Below the pieces are notes generated by a model. The model worked only from the letters and a program-made list of their open reading frames with translations. It ran no database searches and was not told the DNA's origin. From a virus (lineage: Duplodnaviria > Caudoviricetes): a stretch of DNA of 29,232 bases. The stretch's first letter is position 1, and each line of letters starts with the position of its first letter. Location of the stretch: positions 1-29,232 of IMG/VR virus record IMGVR_UViG_3300030116_000681; one strand, given 5' to 3'. Made by a program: the position numbers and the translations under genes. Below are positions 8,407-14,975 of this stretch, piece by piece.

Positions 8407-8771
8407 CAGAAAACCACAAACTATCGCTAGTCTGTGGTTTATCTGCGTGTGTGAAATTACCTATGTGTTGTAGTTGTATGTTTCATAGAACACACATAGG
8501 ATTTTGCTACAAGATAAGTAGCTTGATACCTACTGCTTTTGTCCATGTATATACAACCTGCTTCCTTATGTATATACAAACAATAGGCATCAAGCTACCT
8601 ACTTTCAGTCGTTACTAAACAGGGCATAGAAAAGTAACTCCTACTTATAGATAGCTATTACTTACTGCATGAGGAGTTGTTGCATGTTATCGCGTACTAT
8701 ACAGAAAGGGATAACCCCACGCAGTAAGTAATAATTACTATTGAGGGTTTTAATCCACAACCAAAACCCTC
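8407..8771 (-). ncRNA. Tandem array of long RNA hairpins (structured RNA or processing region)
   Basis: Stems at 8407-8445, 8460-8500, 8518-8598, 8656-8733, 8743-8771; + strand A·C mismatches become G·U on the - strand; GCGA tetraloop. Confidence 0.7.
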
Positions 8772-8779
8772 TATACTAA

Positions 8780-9244
8780 TCATCTATCCTTACGGCAACT
8801 TTCACATAATCTTTTACGACCAAAAGCTTTTGGTAAGACTATGAAACAGTTGGTACATAGCTTATTAGTTTGCTCAACAACTTGCTTATCATAGCTGTTG
8901 GGCGACCACTCAGCATCAATAACTCCGAAGGGATTGTTACTATCAGCAGGAACTATACCTTCTCTTGTCAATCTGCTAAGTCGTTTCATCTTTTGTTCTA
9001 GTTCTCTATCCTGTTCTCTACACTCGTAGCAACGAGGACTTAGTACATCAGTTCTTTTCTTACAAGATACACACTCATGAGTAGGATAGTTAGCACCATC
9101 TACTTCTCTGTTGTATTCTCCTGTACCTTTGACTAGTGGTAGTCCTGTATCTGCAAATACAAGATTACCATTAGTATCATCTACTCCTACAAAGGCTTTC
9201 TTTGTAGTAGGATACATAGGCTTTCTATAATTCTTAGGCATCAC
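8780..9244 (-). CDS. Double zinc-finger protein
   Basis: CVSC…CYEC and CTNC…CESC; GAAAGGAG SD at ~9248-9255; start 9244 or 9241. Confidence 0.8.
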   Translation of the reverse strand: MMPKNYRKPMYPTTKKAFVGVDDTNGNLVFADTGLPLVKGTGEYNREVDGANYPTHECVSCKKRTDVLSPRCYECREQDRELEQKMKRLSRLTREGIVPADSNNPFGVIDAEWSPNSYDKQVVEQTNKLCTNCFIVLPKAFGRKRLCESCRKDR

Positions 9245-9553
9245 ACACTCCTTTCATATAACATATGCAACATAAGAAATAATAAACACGAAAACAAATT
9301 CGCAAAGCCAAAGTTAGCTTGGCGAAAAAATTTCACAACTTGCTTATATATATCAAGATGACTTGACATCCCCTTTCGCATCACGCGTGGTAATGGGGAA
9401 TGGCTCTAGTTCGCATATGCGAAAGAGAAAAAAAATTTTAGCTATGTTTCTTGTTTACTTTGCATTTGTAATGAGGGAGATAATATATACTAGGACAAAA
9501 CCACACACACAAGGTTAGGCTATGGTATATATACATTTGATTTACTCGGGCAT

Positions 9554-9598
9554 AAAAAAAACCTAAGTGCTACCTATAATTAAATAAGTAGCACCTAG
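9554..9598 (-). terminator. Rho-independent terminator
   Basis: ctaagtgctac/gtagcacctag stem (G·U on the - strand) followed by U8, downstream of gene 9626-10012. Confidence 0.85.
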
Positions 9599-9625
9599 AT
9601 TATTAAGATAGTTTGTAGGTGTAGC

Positions 9626-10012
9626 TTATTGCTTAGACCAACTATCCATTGTAGCTTTTACTTCAGCTAGGTTACGCACTCCTGATATTTCTTTAGCTAC
9701 TTGATTAGTACCTAGAATTGAAAGCAATTCTTTTGGTAGAGTACCATTCTTGTTTAGCTTGTATTTACCTTTCTTGAAGGTTTCTGGTGCGTTCTCGCAT
9801 ATATCTTTGAACTGTTGATATGCTTGATAGCTGATAAGAGTACCAACTTCTTTGAAGTCGAACTTATCTCTTCTAACACATATGTGATATGAGTTTTTAT
9901 CATCTTTGTGTATAGAGTTTTTACCTGTAAGTTTGAAACCTACGAAATTAGTATTACCTAATCCCATGAGGTCGTATACCTTATCAGCTTTGATATAGTC
10001 ATTTTTAGCCAT
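9626..10012 (-). CDS. Hypothetical basic protein, first gene of the early arm
   Basis: AGAAAGGA SD at 10021-10028; followed by its own terminator. Confidence 0.8.
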   Translation of the reverse strand: MAKNDYIKADKVYDLMGLGNTNFVGFKLTGKNSIHKDDKNSYHICVRRDKFDFKEVGTLISYQAYQQFKDICENAPETFKKGKYKLNKNGTLPKELLSILGTNQVAKEISGVRNLAEVKATMDSWSKQ

Positions 10013-10897
10013 TTTATTTATCCTTTCTATATAGCTTAAATTAACTGAAACTCATCACCTGACAAGTTCCATTGGATTTTTATAAGCATGCTTGTCAAGT
10101 GAGTTTATATCTTATTCTCCGAAGGATATAACTGTTATAAAGGAAATTTACTAGTATGCTATCCAAAAACAAAGAACTTGTCGCTACGCTGGATAATCGA
10201 AACAATGGAATGCTCGTGCTTTAGAAGAAGAGAATAGATGAATTGTATTGTATATATATTATGTATGGTATTCAAGAGAAGGTAGGCATTTATTTTACAA
10301 AACACTACATATGGATACAGCAAGTCAAATATCTACTACATATAGAGGCACACTAACTATAAACAAAACGTAAGTGCCTGTATGTATTCACTGTGTGAGT
10401 GTGCACGCAATTCTGGTCTTTTAATGCGGGGTGGGGGTGTGGTATATACGTAAGTAATCAAGAAATTACTGGTAATTCTGACTACAAAAAAAGTTAAGGG
10501 AAGTCGATTAATTTGGTATTGAAACTCTATTGCTAGAGTAAGTTACAGGCTGTTACAGGCATTACCAAAGTTAAGATAATCAACTTCCCTAATGTAGTAT
10601 ATTAGCATACTTGCTGGTAAAAAAGAAGTAAAATACCTCTTTTTTATTGTGCGTTCGATTAGGGGGGATTTCGAACATAGCGGACATATATGCTACGCAT
10701 ATAAAAAAAGTTGAATTTTTTACTTTCTAAGGTCCTTGGGTACTGACTTTGTGGTAATCCCAGTCCATCTTGTGAGTAAGATGCAGTCAGCTTTTTGCCG
10801 TCCGATAGCTCTTACCTGTAACCTTATAGTTGTAAAAAACTATTTGTGTAATTCACTATACTGCTATAATAATTTTAATCAAGTTACAGGAGATAAA
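10013..10897. other. Divergent non-coding control region (possible origin, packaging site or genome end)
   Basis: ~880 nt without a credible ORF between opposite arms; G-tracts at 10426-10442 and 10662-10667, short repeats and hairpins. Confidence 0.55.
10862..10870 (+). promoter_or_regulatory. Extended -10 promoter TGcTATAAT
   Basis: Consensus TGnTATAAT 27 nt upstream of ATG 10898. Confidence 0.7.
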
Positions 10898-11428
10898 ATG
10901 TTTGATTTCGAAGAACAGCTAGCTATCGGTAAAAAGGGTGAACTACTAGTTAAGAACTATTATGAATCACAAAAGACTGATGAAGGCAAAATAAAATTTA
11001 TAGTACGAGATGCACGTAAAGATGAACAGCTAAAAGGAGCAGACTTTTTTATTCTAAATAATCAATTGGGTACTAGATATGTCGAGGTAAAAACCGACAC
11101 CAGGGCGGAAGAGACAGGGAATGTAGCACTAGAAATACAAGTAGTGTATGGGGATACAAAGACTATTGGATGTGCGTTAAAAACATTCCCTGACTTTCTT
11201 TTCTACTGGATATATCCAACTAACCAACTTCTTTACTGGACACCTGATGCGTTAATACCATATATCATTGACTGGATTATTGAAGATAAATACAGGATTG
11301 TAGATGCAGAAAATAAAAATTTTTTTTCACGCTCTTTGATAGTGCCTATTGAGGACTTACTTGCGACCGGGGTAGCACACTCGATAAGCGTAAGCTACCA
11401 TCTTTTAGACTTAGTGGAGACAAGCTAG
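10898..11428 (+). CDS. PD-(D/E)xK nuclease superfamily protein
   Basis: GKKGE…GADF…YVEVKTD…TGNVALE; AGGAG SD before ATG 10898 (the track's TTG 10736 start is unlikely). Confidence 0.8.
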   Translation: MFDFEEQLAIGKKGELLVKNYYESQKTDEGKIKFIVRDARKDEQLKGADFFILNNQLGTRYVEVKTDTRAEETGNVALEIQVVYGDTKTIGCALKTFPDFLFYWIYPTNQLLYWTPDALIPYIIDWIIEDKYRIVDAENKNFFSRSLIVPIEDLLATGVAHSISVSYHLLDLVETS

Positions 11429-11460
11429 GTAAAGGAGGAAAACCTAGCCCATCTCCTCTA
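11412..11460 (-). ncRNA. Candidate antisense sRNA hairpin with anti-SD loop
   Basis: 15-bp stem (11416-11430/11442-11456) is continuous only on the - strand (3 G·U); loop UUUCCUCCUUU. Confidence 0.55.
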
Positions 11461-11470
11461 TAATTATAGA
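11457..11470. promoter_or_regulatory. Palindromic bidirectional -10 element TCTATAATTATAGA
   Basis: TATAAT on + at 11459-11464 (6 nt before ATG 11471) and on - at 11468-11463 (6 nt before the hairpin's 5' G at 11456). Confidence 0.6.
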
Positions 11471-11629
11471 ATGAGAGAAATCACAAAGTGTAAGCTTTGT
11501 AAACAGAACCTGAAGTTATTCCGACTTAACAAAAAATGTGTTAATCTAGGATGTACAGAATATAACAAGCTAATTCGAAGGAGAGTTAATGTACGGAAAA
11601 CCAATGAAAAAAGGCAAGAAGAAGAATAA
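11471..11629 (+). CDS. Zinc-binding microprotein, 52 aa (CKLC…CVNLGC)
   Basis: Hand translation; probable leaderless start. Confidence 0.65.
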   Translation: MREITKCKLCKQNLKLFRLNKKCVNLGCTEYNKLIRRRVNVRKTNEKRQEEE

Positions 11630-11654
11630 ACGTAGGGGCGGTAAGAAGCTCTAA
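11589..11654 (+). CDS. Basic micropeptide MYGKPMKKGKKKNKRRGGKKL
   Basis: AAGGAG SD at 11578-11583; TAATG coupling to 11654. Confidence 0.65.
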   Translation: MYGKPMKKGKKKNKRRGGKKL

Positions 11655-11857
11655 TGCCTAGTATAAAAAAAGGAGTGAATGTGTTCAGTAGTCCAGTAAC
11701 TCTAAAGGAGTGGGCTATTGACCTTTCTGAAGCATGTGGTTCTGTTTTAATTAACAAGAAACCAAACATATCTAAGATAGATACGTTAGTAGAAAAATTT
11801 GTTATAGATTATAACGAGAATATGGAGAAGATGAATGCCACCGAAGAAGAAGAGTAG
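11654..11857 (+). CDS. Hypothetical protein
   Basis: Coupled start; contains the GGAG SD for the next gene. Confidence 0.75.
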   Translation: MPSIKKGVNVFSSPVTLKEWAIDLSEACGSVLINKKPNISKIDTLVEKFVIDYNENMEKMNATEEEE

Positions 11858-12122
11858 TTCAAGAAAAAAACCTGCTAGAAAGCCTATCAATGCAAAAACT
11901 AAAGCAACGCTACAAAAGAAGGCTAAGAATAGTAAGTATACGTATGGGCAACTTGCACAAGTATATAGGCGTGGACAAGGTGCGTATCTTTCTTCAGGAA
12001 GTAAGTCAGCTTCTATGGCAGCTTGGGCTATGGGTCGAGTTAACTCTTTTATTAGGGGTGGTCATTCTCAAGATAATGATATAAAGAAGAAGGGTAAATC
12101 TCGTGCCAAAAAAAAGAAGTAG
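11835..12122 (+). CDS. Basic protein with QVYRRGxGA…WAMGRVNSF motif (DUF5824-like by recollection)
   Basis: K/R-rich termini; core motif recalled from marine viral proteins, not verified. Confidence 0.7.
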   Translation: MPPKKKSSSRKKPARKPINAKTKATLQKKAKNSKYTYGQLAQVYRRGQGAYLSSGSKSASMAAWAMGRVNSFIRGGHSQDNDIKKKGKSRAKKKK

Positions 12123-12300
12123 GAGGAAAGTTAAATATGAAAAGGGCGTTCCAGCTAAATATCTTAAAAATAAAAAAAACAGTAAAGATGCTGTGGCACG
12201 CGAAATACGAAGTACAGCTAAAGCTTATAAAGAGGGAAGATACATAGATTTGAAAAAAGTACAGAAATCTAGAGCTACACGTAAAAAGAGGCGTAAATGA
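12103..12300 (+). CDS. Small highly basic protein
   Basis: GTG start, GVPAKYL core, ATGA coupling to the next gene. Confidence 0.7.
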   Translation: MPKKRSRRKVKYEKGVPAKYLKNKKNSKDAVAREIRSTAKAYKEGRYIDLKKVQKSRATRKKRRK

Positions 12301-12470
12301 AAATTAAAGGTGTTGATGCAAGTAAGTTAACTAAAAGACAACAAACTGCTTTAAAAAAACATTCTAAGCATCATACTAAAAAGCATATACAATATATGGT
12401 AAACTCTATGAAACGTGGTTCTAGTTTTTCTAAATCACATGTAAACGCACAGAAGAAGGTAGGTAAATAA
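12297..12470 (+). CDS. Small basic His-rich protein, 57 aa (…KKHSKHHTKKH…FSKSH…KKVGK)
   Basis: Hand translation; ATGA and TAATG couplings. Confidence 0.8.
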   Translation: MKIKGVDASKLTKRQQTALKKHSKHHTKKHIQYMVNSMKRGSSFSKSHVNAQKKVGK

Positions 12471-12604
12471 TGCCAAAAGGTAACGGACAGTATTCTGAAG
12501 CTCAGAAAAAAATTGCTGCTGTAGCACCACCGTATGACAAAATTACAGGAGCTGATTTTAAAAAGCTACGTCAAAACGGTAATAGAAAACCAAAGATGAG
12601 CTAA
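12470..12604 (+). CDS. Small basic protein, 44 aa (…KITGADFKKLR…)
   Basis: Hand translation; TAATG couplings at both ends. Confidence 0.8.
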   Translation: MPKGNGQYSEAQKKIAAVAPPYDKITGADFKKLRQNGNRKPKMS

Positions 12605-12726
12605 TGGCTAAAGTTAGTTGGATGTGGAAAGGTAAGAGATACTACGGTACTCTTATAAGAGAAACAAAGACTCATAAGTTTGCAAGAACTAAAAATGGTA
12701 AAATTAAAAAAATTAAAAAAAAATGA
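12604..12726 (+). CDS. Small basic protein, 40 aa (MAKVSWMWKGKRYYG…)
   Basis: Hand translation; TAATG-coupled start. Confidence 0.75.
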   Translation: MAKVSWMWKGKRYYGTLIRETKTHKFARTKNGKIKKIKKK

Positions 12727-12778
12727 AAAGCGTAAAAGAATTTATGCAGGAAATCCTAATTGGGCAGGAGATGATTGA
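12695..12778 (+). CDS. Micro-ORF, 27 aa (MVKLKKLKKNEKRKRIYAGNPNWAGDD)
   Basis: TGATG overlap with ATG 12778; no SD; a competing frame exists at 12723-12791. Confidence 0.4.
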   Translation: MVKLKKLKKNEKRKRIYAGNPNWAGDD

Positions 12779-13068
12779 TGTCACACGCTAATAGAAAAAA
12801 AGCTTTATTAAAGAAACATGGACTAAAGGGTGTTAATAAACCAAAGCGTACACCTAAGCATCCTAAGAAATCACATGTTGTATTAGCACAAGAAGGACAC
12901 CAACTTAAATTAATTAGATTTGGACAACAAGGTGTATCAGGTGCAGGTAAGAATCCTAAGACTGCTGCACAGAAAGCTAGACGTAAATCTTTTAAAGCCA
13001 GGCATGCAAAAAATATTAAGAAGGGCAAAATGTCCGCAGCATACTGGGCTAACAAAACTAAATGGTAA
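12778..13068 (+). CDS. Basic protein with IRFGQ…RRKSFKARH…YWA..KW motif
   Basis: AGGAG SD before ATG 12778; motif familiar from aquatic viral small proteins. Confidence 0.8.
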   Translation: MSHANRKKALLKKHGLKGVNKPKRTPKHPKKSHVVLAQEGHQLKLIRFGQQGVSGAGKNPKTAAQKARRKSFKARHAKNIKKGKMSAAYWANKTKW

Positions 13069-14975
13069 ATAATGTAATCTGCATAGCAGATGAATGTACA
13101 GCACAATTACCACCAGGCAAAACTAAATACTGTTCTCAAAAATGTTACAGAAGAGAATCTATGCGTATGTATAGAGCTAAGAAAGCTGGTAAAGAATATA
13201 CACCACCAAAGAAATCTGTTAACGAACCTAAATCTGCAACTGTAAGAAGAGGTGCATTATATAACAAATTTAAAGACGAAGGTTATGCATTAGATTTAAT
13301 AAACGAAAATATACAACAACAAGAAGTAGCTGATGCATTGTCTTGTTCTACTGCACATGTTTCTAGAATGTTAGCTGCTTATAGAGAAGATTTAGAAAAA
13401 GACATACAAGCAAAAGATTGGGAAGTATCTGATGATGCAAAGCAATCACTAGAAGACTTTGTAAATTTTAGAGATAGATACTTTCTTACAGAACAAGGAA
13501 TTAAGTTTGATACTGCAGACTTTCATAACAAATGGATAAAGTCAATTAACAAAGCATTACTAGAAGGTGGACAGCAAATGATACTAAGCCCACCTAGACA
13601 TGGCAAGACAGAACTACTTATACATTTTGTAGTTTGGCTTATATGTAGAAACCCAAACATAAGAATTATGTGGGTAGGTGGTAACGAAGATATTGCAAAG
13701 AACTCTGTGTCATCTGTAATAGATACATTAGAAAACAATGAAAAACTAAAAGAAGATTTCTGCGGACCAGGTGGACAGTTTAAACCAGCTAATAGAACTG
13801 GTAAGTCTTGGTCACAAAATGGATTTACAGTATCTACAAGAACTGTATCAGGTATTAAGTCACCAACAATGATTGGTATAGGTAGAGGTGGTAAGATACT
13901 TTCTCGTGACTGTGACATTATTATTGCTGATGACATTGAAGACCACAGTTCTACTATGCAACCCGCATCAAGAAACAATACAAAAAACTGGTGGACTACA
14001 ACATTAGGTTCTCGTAAAGAGGAACATACTGCAATGGTAATTATTGGTTCAAGACAGCATCCTGATGATTTATATTCTGCATTATTAGAAAACGAAGCAT
14101 GGGAAACAATAGTAGAAGAAGCACATGATTCTATGTGTACTAAATCAGAACTAGAAGAAGAAGAACATGTTGATTGTATGTTGTGGTCAGATAAAAGAAC
14201 TTTTAAATGGTTAATGAATCGTAAAAGAGATTCTATGACTACAGGTGGTCTTAAGAACTTTGAGATGGTTTATCTTAACAAAGCATTTTCACAAGCTGCT
14301 AGATTGTTTAATCCTGAAATGATAGCTGAATGTTATGTACCAAGTATGAATATAGGTACAGTTCCTAATGGTTCATACTTAGTTGCAGGTCTTGACCCTG
14401 CTGCTACAGGTTATCAAGCAGGATTTCTTTGGGCAGTAGAAACAGTAAATCATGAAATAAAACTTACAATGGTTGATTTAGACAATCATCTTGGTGGTGG
14501 TCTAGATGAAGCATTTGAGTTAATTAGAAGATGGCACGAAATGTATAACTGTTATCACTGGGTAATAGAAGAAAATGGATTTCAAAAAGCTATTAGACAA
14601 GATAAAACAATAAAAGAATATTGTAATGTACAAGGAATTAAATTAGAAGGACACGAAACTCATAAAAACAAATGGGATGAAAGATTTGGTGTTACAAGTT
14701 TAGCTCCTATGTTTAATGAAGGTATGATTGAATTACCTTTTGCAGATGGAGAAGCACAAGACAAAACTACATTGTATACAAAACAACTTACATACTTTGC
14801 CTCAAAAGGTAAAGGTGGTAGAGGATACAAGAGTGACATAGTCATGGCTAGTTGGTTTCCAATGAAAGTGATTAGAACCTTGACAAAACTTACCTATGCT
14901 GATATAGGAATTGACTACACTCCTAGCTTTGATGGTTATAATAGTATACAATGGGATGATATACCTTGGAGATAA
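13062..14975 (+). CDS. terL: Terminase large subunit with N-terminal Zn-finger and HTH
   Basis: Walker A PPRHGKT, Walker B IIADD, coupling motif IGSR, nuclease GLDPA, IEENGFQ and SDIVMA. Confidence 0.92.
   Translation: MVNNVICIADECTAQLPPGKTKYCSQKCYRRESMRMYRAKKAGKEYTPPKKSVNEPKSATVRRGALYNKFKDEGYALDLINENIQQQEVADALSCSTAHVSRMLAAYREDLEKDIQAKDWEVSDDAKQSLEDFVNFRDRYFLTEQGIKFDTADFHNKWIKSINKALLEGGQQMILSPPRHGKTELLIHFVVWLICRNPNIRIMWVGGNEDIAKNSVSSVIDTLENNEKLKEDFCGPGGQFKPANRTGKSWSQNGFTVSTRTVSGIKSPTMIGIGRGGKILSRDCDIIIADDIEDHSSTMQPASRNNTKNWWTTTLGSRKEEHTAMVIIGSRQHPDDLYSALLENEAWETIVEEAHDSMCTKSELEEEEHVDCMLWSDKRTFKWLMNRKRDSMTTGGLKNFEMVYLNKAFSQAARLFNPEMIAECYVPSMNIGTVPNGSYLVAGLDPAATGYQAGFLWAVETVNHEIKLTMVDLDNHLGGGLDEAFELIRRWHEMYNCYHWVIEENGFQKAIRQDKTIKEYCNVQGIKLEGHETHKNKWDERFGVTSLAPMFNEGMIELPFADGEAQDKTTLYTKQLTYFASKGKGGRGYKSDIVMASWFPMKVIRTLTKLTYADIGIDYTPSFDGYNSIQWDDIPWR

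Noticed and set aside
8407-8771. CRISPR or mini-array, or tRNA cluster
   Set aside because: No shared direct repeat between units, and no cloverleaf or TΨC-arm pattern seen.
9363-9394. + strand promoter at TTGACA 9363
   Set aside because: No -10 at 16-18 nt spacing and no downstream + ORF.
10785-10815. c-di-GMP-I riboswitch or hammerhead on the - strand (GGACGGCAAAAAGC)
   Set aside because: Only superficial similarity; no GAAA tetraloop/receptor and no CUGANGA…GAAA core.
10736-10897. N-terminal extension of the nuclease ORF from TTG 10736
   Set aside because: A consensus promoter and SD point to ATG 10898.
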